Counted from the first letter of the stretch, positions 1 to 9,704 are shown. The stretch: DNA of 37,221 bases from a virus (IMGVR_UViG_3300049924_000369:1-37221); one strand, 5' to 3'. Notes: generated by a model not told the origin, from the sequence alone. Numbers and translations: made by a program.

Positions 1-1
1 G

Positions 2-205
2 GGGAGGCCTGAGGGCTCGCCGGGCAGTGAATACATGCAAAACCTTGCTCAGTACGGCATCGCCAGCATGCAGAGCGGCTACCCCACACATGCACTTGCG
101 TATGGGATGCCTACGGCAGCTTCAGCATACCTTGCCCCTTACAGTGGGCAGCGTCCACAGTGGAACCCGGCTCAGGTGCCCGGGGCAGGCGGGAGGACAG
201 TCTAA
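2..205 (+). CDS. 3' end of a putative internal virion/ejection protein (partial)
   Basis: Frame 2 is open from the window start (GRPEGSPGSEYMQNLAQYGIASMQSG...GGRTV) and ends in TAA, which overlaps the next ATG as TAATG (203-207). Confidence 0.6.
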   Translation, partial: GRPEGSPGSEYMQNLAQYGIASMQSGYPTHALAYGMPTAASAYLAPYSGQRPQWNPAQVPGAGGRTV

Positions 206-1617
206 TGGCAGTTATACCAAACCCCTATGACATCACAGGGCAAGGAAGTAATATGTTTGCTGGCACTGCGCAACAGCTGGGTGGTCAGCCAACTTTCAAT
301 CCTCTTCCTTCTCAGGGTGTAATCGACTTTTACAACAACAATCCTGTAGCAGGAATGGGACCTGAGGTGGTGCTAGGGCAAACACCTTCCCAGATCAGCG
401 GCGTTCCACAGCCTACTTCGAACAACGTGACTGGGACGCAACAACCAGCTCCCACTGCTTTCCAACTGCCTCCACTGCCACAGACCACAACACAGCAGTT
501 TAACTCGCCATCGGCACAGTGGCTTGGTGGAACGATGGCTCCTGCGTACAACATGGCTATGGGTGCTGCCCAGAACCAACAAAGTGTGCTGAACAATCCA
601 GGTTTTAGCCAGTGGCTCTCACAGTTGCAGACGCCTGGGCAAGGTGGTCAGTACCTAGGGCAAATTGCACAGGGTGGAGGCAACCCTTTCAATGTCACAC
701 CGGCATGGGAAGCTATGATTGCTGCTCAGCAAAGGAACCTTGGGCAGAACTTCGCCAACCTCAACGAGGCTTTCAATGTGAGTGGAGGCCGCTTCTCATC
801 ACCTTTTGGGCAGGCAGCAGCTGATTACTGGGAGCAAGCAGGTCGGGACCAGAACAGCTTGCTGGCACAGATGAATCTGACGGCACATGAGGCCGCTCAG
901 AACCGTCTGCTAGGTGCCTCCCAAGGATTGTTCAGTGGCGATCTTGCAACCCGTCAGAGTGCTTTCAACGCCCAGGTTGGTGCAGCTGAAAGTGCGTTGG
1001 GTAGACAGAGCCAGATGCAACAGTTGTTGGCCAGCGGCGCACTGAACAGTGGACAGTTCCTAGCCGGGCAGGACTTCAACAACTTCCTCAACTCCAGCAA
1101 CCAATCTTTCAATGCGGCGCAGAATCAAGCGCAGATGGCCTATGGAGCAGGGAACGCTCTTCAGCAGGCAGGAGTCACTGGTGCCACAGGGCTGTACCAA
1201 GGTGTCTTGGGAGCCATGAATAACCTGTACAACACTGAGAATCAGGCAGCTACCAACCTCTTCGGAAGTCAGCAGCAGAGCCTTCAGAACCAAACCATAG
1301 CAGCGTTGCAGGCACAAGGGCTCAGCATACAACAGGCAACGACACTGGCACAACAACTTATGCAACAGAGCCAGCTTGGCTCACAACTAGGTGGGCAGCA
1401 GTACGGTGTCCAGCAGAACGAAATCGACCGAATGTACCAAGAGTGGCTCCGTACCCAACCCTACTACAACCCACTGTTGCCGTACATGTGGCAGGGAGCC
1501 ACTGCAACGCAGCCTCAGGCATATCCTGGGTACACTCCCAACACAACAGGGCAGTCTATGAGCAGTATGATTCAGGCTCTAATGCAACTACTACCCTATC
1601 TTGGCATAAGGCCATAA
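205..1617 (+). CDS. Putative ejection/pilot (internal virion) protein, Q/G/A/N-rich
   Basis: GGAGGA SD lies before ATG 205. The helical low-complexity Q/A/G composition and the position upstream of the large polyvalent protein are typical of podoviral ejection proteins. Confidence 0.6.
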   Translation: MAVIPNPYDITGQGSNMFAGTAQQLGGQPTFNPLPSQGVIDFYNNNPVAGMGPEVVLGQTPSQISGVPQPTSNNVTGTQQPAPTAFQLPPLPQTTTQQFNSPSAQWLGGTMAPAYNMAMGAAQNQQSVLNNPGFSQWLSQLQTPGQGGQYLGQIAQGGGNPFNVTPAWEAMIAAQQRNLGQNFANLNEAFNVSGGRFSSPFGQAAADYWEQAGRDQNSLLAQMNLTAHEAAQNRLLGASQGLFSGDLATRQSAFNAQVGAAESALGRQSQMQQLLASGALNSGQFLAGQDFNNFLNSSNQSFNAAQNQAQMAYGAGNALQQAGVTGATGLYQGVLGAMNNLYNTENQAATNLFGSQQQSLQNQTIAALQAQGLSIQQATTLAQQLMQQSQLGSQLGGQQYGVQQNEIDRMYQEWLRTQPYYNPLLPYMWQGATATQPQAYPGYTPNTTGQSMSSMIQALMQLLPYLGIRP

Positions 1618-1626
1618 GGAGACAAC

Positions 1627-3345
1627 ATGCCATTACCACTACCACCTCAGATTGGATACGCTGGGATGGGGGCTCAGCCTCAACCGCAGCATCCGCCTGT
1701 GGGCACGCTACCTTATCAGCAGAATGCGTTTGGCCAGATTGCAGCAGGCCTTGGCATGGCTGTCAAGGAGTGGAGAGCGCAGCAAGAGCTGGAGAAGCAA
1801 AAGGCCATGACTGATTTGCAGAATGCCTTGGCGTTCTCGCAGAACACAGGGATTGGGCAGGACCCTAAGAAGATCAAGAAGCTGATGGATAAGGCTGGGT
1901 TGCCAGTGGACTGGGAAGGGTTCAGTTCGCAGCAATACCAGCAGACGATGCAGCAGCAGGCTGGACAGCCCCAGGCAGCTCCACAGGGGGCACAGGGACT
2001 TCCGGCTATGCCACCAATGGCTGCGCAGCTTGGTGGGCCTGGGCAGGCACCTGTGTCAATGCAACCTCAGGGAATGCCTCCCTTTGCTGGAGCGGTGGCT
2101 GATGTGAGCACGCCACAGGCGATGCAAGGTGGCGGGATGGGTGAGTATATGAGGGCGACGGGGGCTAGTTTCCCGCCAGCTGCACCTCCACCACAAGGTG
2201 GACTAGAAGGCTTCCTCTCCCAGCTGGCAGCGGGAGCACGCACCAAGCAAGAGCAGGAACGGGCTGCACAGCAGATTGAGATGAGGAAGCAAAAGTTGAT
2301 GGGAGCAGCTATTGGGGAGAATCCAAAGGAGAGACAGCAGGCCCTGACTATTCTGTATGCGACTGGGATGATGAAGGGGCCGGAAGGGTATGCTGCGCTC
2401 ATCACAGCAGCGAGCGAAAAGTATGGACCAGAGCAAGCGGCCTCACGTGTAGCAGAGGTGTATCTTGATCAGGCAATGGGTGGACCGCAGGCTCGTGCTG
2501 CCAAGATGCAAGCTCAGGTAGAGCTGCTGAAGATGGACGCTGAGCTGAGACGGAAGGCCGCAGACATGGTTGTGCAATTTATGGATCGGATTCCAGGGGC
2601 ACCACCAGAGGCAGTGGAAGCTAAGGTCATGGGGCTGTTGACAGGCGATATACAGATGGAACAGGCAGCGGACCAAGTATTGCGAAACCTTCCAACCAAG
2701 GCACTGCTTGAAGAAGGAAGGGCGCGGCGCAAGGAAGGTCGTGAGGACAAAGCACTGGAATTGGATGATGCTCGCTACCAAGAATTGGTGAGACATAACA
2801 AGAAGCTGGAGCAGAATGCGTCGGCTTCGCTTGGATTGCAAAGAGAGCAGATGACTCAGCAGCAGACACAGCATGAGCGGCAGATGCTCATGGAGTCTGC
2901 TCGCCTTCAGAATAGTGTCATCAGCGGCCTTCAGGGTGTGCTAGGGCAAGACGCAGAGATGTGGATGAAAGCGGCTACGGCAAAGGACGTTGATCCAGAA
3001 ACCAAGAAGCTGGCACTCCAGCGCATTGCGGATGCAAAGAACAAGCTGGGTACTTTGGAGTATGTGGTACCTGACGGAAGTGGTGGAATGGTACGAAAGA
3101 CTTTTCCAGTGTCGAGAATGACTGTGGAAGAGCTGAAGGACTGGTGGGACTTCCTACCATTTACTAGGACTGACTATAGGCTTAGGGGAGCAGAAGGCAC
3201 CACAGTGAACTATGGGACTCAGCGCCAGGGCAGCAACCTTCCCACTCCTCAGATTAATCCACAAAGTGGTGGAATCGGTTCTCTTCTTCAAGGAATGACA
3301 AGGGGAACTCCAGTGCCTCGGCCTCCACTTCCGCCTACTATATAG
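1627..3345 (+). CDS. Putative internal virion protein (coiled-coil, Q/P/G-rich)
   Basis: AAGGAG SD; 572 aa; coiled-coil segments; same operon as its neighbours. Confidence 0.6.
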   Translation: MPLPLPPQIGYAGMGAQPQPQHPPVGTLPYQQNAFGQIAAGLGMAVKEWRAQQELEKQKAMTDLQNALAFSQNTGIGQDPKKIKKLMDKAGLPVDWEGFSSQQYQQTMQQQAGQPQAAPQGAQGLPAMPPMAAQLGGPGQAPVSMQPQGMPPFAGAVADVSTPQAMQGGGMGEYMRATGASFPPAAPPPQGGLEGFLSQLAAGARTKQEQERAAQQIEMRKQKLMGAAIGENPKERQQALTILYATGMMKGPEGYAALITAASEKYGPEQAASRVAEVYLDQAMGGPQARAAKMQAQVELLKMDAELRRKAADMVVQFMDRIPGAPPEAVEAKVMGLLTGDIQMEQAADQVLRNLPTKALLEEGRARRKEGREDKALELDDARYQELVRHNKKLEQNASASLGLQREQMTQQQTQHERQMLMESARLQNSVISGLQGVLGQDAEMWMKAATAKDVDPETKKLALQRIADAKNKLGTLEYVVPDGSGGMVRKTFPVSRMTVEELKDWWDFLPFTRTDYRLRGAEGTTVNYGTQRQGSNLPTPQINPQSGGIGSLLQGMTRGTPVPRPPLPPTI

Positions 3346-3355
3346 AGGAGTCAGT

Positions 3356-6300
3356 ATGCCTACAATAGCAGAACAGTGGCAAGCTTTCAGTCAGGGACTT
3401 CCAGCTGACATACCAGACACGGCCTACGACTCGGTGCGGGAGCAGTACTTCAGGTCTCGTGTTCTTCCAGTAGCCTATGCAGCTGGTGAAGGAGAGAGTG
3501 AGTCAAGGGAACGTTTTTGGAAGGTCAGTGAACGAGTTGGCAAGGCCAGCATGCCCAAGTTGCAGCAGATGGGAGCAGCTGCACTGGAAGCTTTCACGGC
3601 ACCTATGCGCGGCCTTTCAGGCACTCCACGCGAGAAGGACTACTTTGCCTCCTTGCATGACGCTACCAAGACTGAATCTGGTAGGCAAGGTGTTAGTCAG
3701 GTAGTGCCAGAGATGGCTGGAGCTGTGGCTGGGACGTTGCCGTACTTCTTGCCAGTGGCACGTGGTGCAAAAGCACTGGCGGGGCTTGTGGGTGGCAGTG
3801 AAGCACTGGCAGTAGCACAGGCTAACAGGGCATTGCAGACGACGCTGGGAGCGGCTGCGGCTGGAGCGTATGAGACGGCCAAGCATGCAGATCAGGGCCG
3901 CGAGGTGGCTCTGCATGAAGGGTTGAAGGGGCTTGCAATGGGCGCTGCTTTCGTAGGCGCTCTGGAGTACATGGGACCGATGTGGCGTGCCTTACGCGCC
4001 TCTTCGAGAGTTGGCCTCACTGTGCAAGAAGCCAAGTCTGTAGAGGCAATGGTAAAGGGCCTTGCGGATGAGGCACAGACAGAGCTAGCAACAGCTGCGC
4101 TGGCAAAGGAACCACAACTGATTCCTGAAATACAGAAGGTCGTGCAGGCCGAAGTGGAAGGCGCGAGGCAGGCCGGGTTGCCTAAGATGTCACCGAAGGT
4201 GACACCTGCTGAGAAACCAGTGGAGCCTTCTGCCAACATGTCCGGCAGAGGGCTTTCGGTGGTGATGCAAACTCCTGGCGGCGGTGAGTTCACAATTGCC
4301 AACACCCCTTCAGTAGAGCAGGCAGCAATAGCAGTAAAAGCACAGTTGGCTCGTGGTGCTACAGTAGTGAAGCAGTCAGGCTCTGAAGAGCAACTGCACC
4401 AGTTGATGAAGCAGGTGGAAGGAATGGTGCCTGAGGAGGTGCCAGTGGTGGAGGTGAAGCCTACCTTACCCAAATGGACACCTCCCATTCTTAGTGGCAC
4501 GCCTGTTGCAGAGATGTCGGCAGAAGCGCATCTTGCTGCATTGGTTGAGAGTGGATTGAAAAAGGGGCAGAAGACTGCCCTAGCAAAAGAAGTAGAAGGA
4601 ATGTCGTTGGACGATGTGCTGGAAGTTGGCCCAAAGCAGCCTATTCCAAAGAAGCCAGTGAGTCAGATGCCAGAGGTGCCAGTGCCTGAGGCACCACCTA
4701 GCGTCCCGCCTAAGTGGGTAATACCTGAGGCGTTGCCTGAGCCTGGCAACTATTTGCATCCACATGAACAGATGCTACCACCGGCGGTGCAACGTTCGAT
4801 ACTGGAGAACCGCCTAAAGAATCGCCTTCAGCGTGCTAGGACTGTGACCAAGCAACTGGAAGCAGACAACACTTTCGAGCCTGAAGCAGAGGCACTGGTG
4901 CAGGAAGTAGAAGGCATACAGAAGCAGCTGGCGCGTATGGAAGAAGCATGGGCAGCGAAGAGGACTGCTCCTCAACCTGTAGATGATGTAGCTGAGAAGC
5001 TGGCTGCATCGTTACGTGCACTAGGAAAGGAGCCACCACCAGTTGTCGAACCGCCATCACTAAAGCCAGTGGAAGAACTATCCATCTCTGAACTGGACGA
5101 CGCTATATCCCAACTCAAAGGTGACGATGCTACCTTACTCGAAACACTCTTCGGCAGGGAAGGAGCTAAGGCGTACAATCGCCTCCAGCGCATTGCCAAC
5201 AGTAGCACGCGCTCAGACAAAGAAGTTGGCGCTGCCACTGACGAACTGGCAAAGATGGAAGAAGCACTGACAGAAGTACAACGCAATCGGCTCTTCGGTA
5301 TTGGTGATACTGGATATAACTTGGAACAGTTGCAAGAAATTAGGCAAGGTATTGGACAGCTTGACGCGACATCTCCAGAGACACTTGGTGAATCGCTGAA
5401 GTGGGCTGTGTCTAAGTTTGACCCAGCCAACCCAAAGTCCGATCTTGCTGTGTATGCACAACTCCGTGCCGCTCACCAACTTGCAGCAGAGCGTGGATGG
5501 AGTACTGCTGAGGTGATGGCTCACGCATATAAAGGAGTGGCTGGTAGATTTAGAGACATGGATGACGCAGCGTTCATGTTGGAGAAATTTAAGAAGCCAG
5601 CGACGGCACCAGTTGCGAATGATGCGAGTGTTCCTGGGTTGACTGGACGACCGCCTAGCGGCTCCAAGTTCGACATTGGCGACGTGTCTCCTAGTCAGCG
5701 GCTCCAACAACGTCCAGGAGGTGGCGTCCTCGACACTATGACCGGTAAGCACTACGGCTCCATGATAGAAGCACTTGAGCAAACTGGCAACGAAGTGCTA
5801 AAAACTGGCCCTTTGGGAATACGCAAAGTGACAGACGTGCCAGAGGGCTTCGCTGGCATGTACGATCCACTGACGAAGACAACCACCTATTACAAGCCCC
5901 TCGTGAACAAGAGCGTGGTGTTCCACGAGCAGACACACGCGATGTTCGACCAGACTGGGCTGCTGCCTACTGTAGAAACTGTGGGAGGGCAGCCGATGGC
6001 CAAGAAGCTCCTTGGGGCCTACACACCAGCAGTACGTGACTTCTACACACAGAGTGGGACGGCTGGTGAAGAAGTGCTAACGAAGGTGATGGAGGCCATT
6101 AGGACCAAGAATACTGTGTGGTTGGAGAGGTTTGGCAGGGCGGATGATGGTGTGGACAATGTGGTGAAGTGGGCTACGGAGCAGGCTGATGGAGTGCTTG
6201 GGCAGCTGGACTTTGTGGCTGATTCAGTGGCTGCACGCCGTCTTCAAGCAAGGATGGTTGACTTGAAGCTAAGGGGCAAGAGCTTGGTGGAGATGGATGC

Positions 6301-6484
6301 GCAGTTGAGCCGGTTTGGTGGAGAGGTGCAGCAGACAGGGAAGGGCTGGCAGGTTAGCACACCAACCATGAGACGGACCTTTGATACATGGGATAGTGTG
6401 GTGAACTTTGTGCAGAAGACCTTTGGGGAGCCACTACATGCACCTGAGCTAGTTGACACTAGCCTGTTGCCGGGGATTGCGTAG
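3356..6484 (+). CDS. Large polyvalent/internal virion protein, N-terminal part, with zincin-like HExxH metallopeptidase motif
   Basis: GAGGAG SD; contains GFAGMYDP...VVFHEQTHAMF...GEEVLT (HEQTH at 5924-5938) and Pro/Glu-rich linkers. Confidence 0.7.
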   Translation: MPTIAEQWQAFSQGLPADIPDTAYDSVREQYFRSRVLPVAYAAGEGESESRERFWKVSERVGKASMPKLQQMGAAALEAFTAPMRGLSGTPREKDYFASLHDATKTESGRQGVSQVVPEMAGAVAGTLPYFLPVARGAKALAGLVGGSEALAVAQANRALQTTLGAAAAGAYETAKHADQGREVALHEGLKGLAMGAAFVGALEYMGPMWRALRASSRVGLTVQEAKSVEAMVKGLADEAQTELATAALAKEPQLIPEIQKVVQAEVEGARQAGLPKMSPKVTPAEKPVEPSANMSGRGLSVVMQTPGGGEFTIANTPSVEQAAIAVKAQLARGATVVKQSGSEEQLHQLMKQVEGMVPEEVPVVEVKPTLPKWTPPILSGTPVAEMSAEAHLAALVESGLKKGQKTALAKEVEGMSLDDVLEVGPKQPIPKKPVSQMPEVPVPEAPPSVPPKWVIPEALPEPGNYLHPHEQMLPPAVQRSILENRLKNRLQRARTVTKQLEADNTFEPEAEALVQEVEGIQKQLARMEEAWAAKRTAPQPVDDVAEKLAASLRALGKEPPPVVEPPSLKPVEELSISELDDAISQLKGDDATLLETLFGREGAKAYNRLQRIANSSTRSDKEVGAATDELAKMEEALTEVQRNRLFGIGDTGYNLEQLQEIRQGIGQLDATSPETLGESLKWAVSKFDPANPKSDLAVYAQLRAAHQLAAERGWSTAEVMAHAYKGVAGRFRDMDDAAFMLEKFKKPATAPVANDASVPGLTGRPPSGSKFDIGDVSPSQRLQQRPGGGVLDTMTGKHYGSMIEALEQTGNEVLKTGPLGIRKVTDVPEGFAGMYDPLTKTTTYYKPLVNKSVVFHEQTHAMFDQTGLLPTVETVGGQPMAKKLLGAYTPAVRDFYTQSGTAGEEVLTKVMEAIRTKNTVWLERFGRADDGVDNVVKWATEQADGVLGQLDFVADSVAARRLQARMVDLKLRGKSLVEMDAQLSRFGGEVQQTGKGWQVSTPTMRRTFDTWDSVVNFVQKTFGEPLHAPELVDTSLLPGIA

Positions 6485-8393
6485 AAGTGTAGGCAATATG
6501 CTACCGCCGTCGAAGGTGCCACGCTTCTCGATACCTGAGACGCCTGCTCAGCCCGCCAAGACACAGGGAGGCTTCTTGGGGGCACTGCTTCGCCCTAAGG
6601 AGCAGTGGATAGCCAGCTTTGCACTGAAGAACAAAATGCCCGAGTTGTATGATGCGTACCGTGCTGTGAAGGAAGGTGGCCCTGCCCTGTCCAATGAGTT
6701 CTTTGACAGGATGGCAAAGCTGAGGGTGGCCTTTGGCGATGGCTTGAAGGACGTGGAGCTGCGAAGGAAGCTGGCTGAGTACCGGCAGGCAGGCCGCACC
6801 ACAGAGGCAGCTGAGAAGCTTGGGCTAAGGCCACAGGACGTTGCACTGGAGAAGAAACTTCATGCTGAGTTTGTGGAGCCACTGTCTGCTGAGCTGGGGG
6901 TGGACCTGACGAAGTTCGAGAGCACGTTCCTGCCACGGCTGCGTGCCTCACAAGGCAACATGGGAGCCAGCGAGCTGACCGAAGGTCTGACGCCTAAGGA
7001 AGCGACCTTCTTCAAGAAGATGGGCACACATAACAAGGGGCAGGACTTTCTTCGCAACCTTCAGATGTATGCTAGGGAGAGTAGCACTCAGAAGGGTCTT
7101 TCGGCACTGAACAGACTGGAAGATCTTATTAACCAAGGGCGCATCGGTGACCATTCTACCCTGAACATGTTGCAGCGTTACGTCGATCACATGCGGGGAA
7201 TACCGGATGAGTCGTATGGGGTGGTGCGTAGTTTCTTGGATGACGTAGTTGGGAAGCTACGGGCAGGGGTAGAACAGGCCAACAAGCACCTGCCACCTGG
7301 GAAGCAACTGGATTGGTTCTCTGACACTGACTCCCTTGACCTTCTGAACAAGTACATGATACTAAACTATGCCAGCTCGATGGCCCGCCCCATGTCGTGG
7401 ATTAGAGATGGGTCGCAGCTGTTCATGACTACCTTGCCCATACTAGGGTTTAAGTATACCATTCATGGGTTGCGCACCGTGATAGGTGCGGCGAAGGACA
7501 AGTCCGCAAGTGAGGTGTGGCAAATTGCAAGGCAGTACGGTGCAGTGTACGAACACAATCCACTGGCTGACATCCTCAGTGGAACGCAGCATATGAGTGG
7601 GACGCAAGGCCCGGTGATGAGAGTGGCGCATGCGGCACTGAAGCCGATGGAGTGGGTTAATAATGTGAACAGGTTGGCCAGCTTCTGGGGGCATGCCAAG
7701 AAGGCACAGGATGCCTTTGCACAGTTTGGTGACAATGCAGAGGCTGCTGTGACTGAGGCTGGTGGAGGGTGGCTGCCTGAATTGTCCAGGCTGCGGTACG
7801 TAGGCAAGTATAGGGGAGCGGGGACGCCAGAGGCTAGGCAGGAGGTGGCGTACCAGATGGCCAAGGACCTTACGGATTTGAGCCAATGGTCGTACTCGAA
7901 GGGGGAGACGCCTGGGTTGTATCAGTATACGATGGGAAGGCTGTTTGGGATGTATGGGACGTGGCCACTGAACTATATAGAGTATGCACGGATGTTAGGG
8001 ACTAGGGTGAAGCAGGAACCGCAGGCGCTGGCCCGATTGGTCGGAGTTCATTACGCGATCCTGGCGGCGGGCCAAGGCGTTGGGATAGATACAGCTTCTT
8101 GGGTGTTTACGGGTCCGGCTGGATTTGGTGAGAGCCCACTAGCCAAGGCCGTTACCTCAGCACCTACGGCTGCCTTTGATTGGGAATCGCGACGTGGGGC
8201 TGAGGCTCGGGGGCAGCTCGGACGAGCCATCTTTCCCATGAGCATTCCAGGAGGCATGCAAATGGAAGCCCTCCTCAGGGCCATCAAAGAGGACGACGGC
8301 GACAACGCCTTCAAACTGATGTGGGGCTTCACGCCTATGAAGCCTGGAGAGTCCGACAGAGGCATACACAACTTAGTACCAGAAGGGAGGTGA
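6453..8393 (+). CDS. Large polyvalent/internal virion protein, C-terminal part (probably continuous with 3356-6484 through a +1 frameshift)
   Basis: Open in the +1 frame across the upstream stop; only a weak SD before ATG 6498; helical C-terminus resembles the ends of large ejection proteins. Confidence 0.65.
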   Translation: MTLACCRGLRRSVGNMLPPSKVPRFSIPETPAQPAKTQGGFLGALLRPKEQWIASFALKNKMPELYDAYRAVKEGGPALSNEFFDRMAKLRVAFGDGLKDVELRRKLAEYRQAGRTTEAAEKLGLRPQDVALEKKLHAEFVEPLSAELGVDLTKFESTFLPRLRASQGNMGASELTEGLTPKEATFFKKMGTHNKGQDFLRNLQMYARESSTQKGLSALNRLEDLINQGRIGDHSTLNMLQRYVDHMRGIPDESYGVVRSFLDDVVGKLRAGVEQANKHLPPGKQLDWFSDTDSLDLLNKYMILNYASSMARPMSWIRDGSQLFMTTLPILGFKYTIHGLRTVIGAAKDKSASEVWQIARQYGAVYEHNPLADILSGTQHMSGTQGPVMRVAHAALKPMEWVNNVNRLASFWGHAKKAQDAFAQFGDNAEAAVTEAGGGWLPELSRLRYVGKYRGAGTPEARQEVAYQMAKDLTDLSQWSYSKGETPGLYQYTMGRLFGMYGTWPLNYIEYARMLGTRVKQEPQALARLVGVHYAILAAGQGVGIDTASWVFTGPAGFGESPLAKAVTSAPTAAFDWESRRGAEARGQLGRAIFPMSIPGGMQMEALLRAIKEDDGDNAFKLMWGFTPMKPGESDRGIHNLVPEGR

Positions 8394-8397
8394 TACG

Positions 8398-8565
8398 ATG
8401 AGCAAGTACAGACACACAGAAGAGCCCGCTCAGAAGCCAGTCGCCAATGCGGTGACCAAGCCGGGAGCAGGCTCCGTTTCTCCTATCAAGAATGCTGGTG
8501 CGTACCAGCCTAACAAAACTTCAGGTGAAGTACGTAACACTGTTACGAAGTGCGAACGCTACTAG
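8398..8565 (+). CDS. Hypothetical 55-aa protein (MSKYRHTEEPAQKPVANAVTK...)
   Basis: Strong GGAGGTGA SD before ATG 8398; its TAG stop overlaps the stop of the opposite-strand gene (CTAG 8562-8565). Below the ORF-track size cutoff. Confidence 0.65.
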   Translation: MSKYRHTEEPAQKPVANAVTKPGAGSVSPIKNAGAYQPNKTSGEVRNTVTKCERY

Positions 8566-8783
8566 GCCAAGGCAACGAGGGGGAGGTCTGTTGGCCTCCC
8601 TTCCTGCGTCGTCGCCCGCTTTATCACCACCCACTGCTCTTCGTACACCGTTCCTACGGAGCCTGGACGGGACACCTTCAACAGTTCTTCAACCAGCCGT
8701 ATCGCTTCCTTCTTTGATGGCGTGAACACCTGCCGCTGCCTCTCAGCTCCTTCAGTCTCTACCACTACTCTGAACTTCGGCAC
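8562..8783 (-). CDS. Hypothetical protein (MPKFRVVVETEGAERQRQVF...)
   Basis: AAGGAG SD before GTG 8783; last gene of the leftward operon. Confidence 0.6.
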   Translation of the reverse strand: MPKFRVVVETEGAERQRQVFTPSKKEAIRLVEELLKVSRPGSVGTVYEEQWVVIKRATTQEGRPTDLPLVALA

Positions 8784-8943
8784 TTTCTTCTCCTTCAGGT
8801 TCAATTTGTTTCTGTCTCTCCCAAGCTGTCGCTGTGCACAGCCGTGTGTCAGGGCTGTGTATGGGGTGGTACCAGCGGTAGTAGAGAGCCTCATCGGACT
8901 CTTTCCATCCCTTGGCAATGAGCTTGGGGCTAAGGCTGATCAT
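8752..8943 (-). CDS. Hypothetical protein (MISLSPKLIAKGWKE...)
   Basis: Fills the gap between groES and the last gene; its start overlaps the end of groES. Confidence 0.4.
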   Translation of the reverse strand: MISLSPKLIAKGWKESDEALYYRWYHPIHSPDTRLCTATAWERQKQIEPEGEESAEVQSSGRD

Positions 8944-9379
8944 CGTCCAGCTCGACCTCTGCACCTTCGAGAACGCACATCACCTCAGCCATGTCCATGA
9001 TACGGAAATCTTCGTTGGCCACTGAGAAGTCACTGCCAGCATGCTTGGAGAACATGACGCAGTTGCCTTCGCGAAGTATGACTTCGCCGTTTGGCATGCG
9101 TACTTCAGCGGTGTTGCCAAGGCCGATGACGTACCCGCATGACGGGAGGGGGGTGTTTTCTTCCTTCACTGTTTCTGGCATGTGCAAGCCTCCCCGCTTG
9201 CCTTGCTTCGCCAACTCCTCCAACCGATCCATCTCCGTGTAAGGCTTAATCGTCTTGACTAGGACCCTGTTGCCAAGAACCCTCCCTATGCGAACTCCCT
9301 CCATCAACATCTTCAACCTCTGCAACTGAGGCTTGCGCTTCTGCAAGTCCTTCTGTAGGTCTTCTGCTGTCACTTTCAT
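8930..9379 (-). CDS. groES: Co-chaperonin GroES/Cpn10 homolog
   Basis: RVLGNRVLVK...GGLHMPETVKE...GYVIGLG...LREGNCVMFSKHAGSDFSVANEDFRIMDMAEVMCVLE follows the Cpn10 pattern (PLxDRVLV; GGIxLP; GxVVAVG; VKxGDxVLFxKYxG; ILxExDILAV). AAAGGA SD before ATG 9379. Confidence 0.9.
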   Translation of the reverse strand: MKVTAEDLQKDLQKRKPQLQRLKMLMEGVRIGRVLGNRVLVKTIKPYTEMDRLEELAKQGKRGGLHMPETVKEENTPLPSCGYVIGLGNTAEVRMPNGEVILREGNCVMFSKHAGSDFSVANEDFRIMDMAEVMCVLEGAEVELDDDQP

Positions 9380-9704
9380 TTTCCTTTCTGTAGCGCTCCC
9401 GCGCACGGGAGACGGTTGTAACGTGAACGTTGTGCCGCTTAGCTACTTCCATGGCTGTGCCGTCGAAGAGTTGGGCGGCTGTGAGGGTGAGTTTGGTGGG
9501 CTGGATGCGAGGGCCACCTTGTGAGCGAGGAACTACGCCTGCATCTAGGCAACGCTGGCGGGCCACAAACTTGGTACAGCCCACAGCCTTGGCAATCTGT
9601 GAGAACGAGAACCCAATTTCGGTGTACAGTGAGTTGAACATGTGATGTTCGCTGAGGAAGCCAAGGGTGTGGGCTACGTGTGTGTAGTCGTTAGGTTCTC
9701 TCAT
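9246..9704 (-). CDS. Putative DNA-binding protein with two HTH-like segments
   Basis: FSFSQIAKAVGCTKFVARQR and TAMEVAKRHNVHVTTVSRAR are HTH-like; ATGA overlap with the upstream gene. Confidence 0.6.
   Translation of the reverse strand: MREPNDYTHVAHTLGFLSEHHMFNSLYTEIGFSFSQIAKAVGCTKFVARQRCLDAGVVPRSQGGPRIQPTKLTLTAAQLFDGTAMEVAKRHNVHVTTVSRARERYRKENESDSRRPTEGLAEAQASVAEVEDVDGGSSHREGSWQQGPSQDD

Noticed and set aside
6482-6540. Amber readthrough or TAG recoding joining the two large ORFs
   Set aside because: The same frame reaches TGA within about 18 codons, the continuation is in the +1 frame, and TAG is used as a normal stop elsewhere.
330-8371. Numerous minus-strand ORFs under the ejection genes (and plus-strand ORFs under the replication arm)
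   Set aside because: Antisense shadows of long coding frames, with no SD or recognisable motifs.
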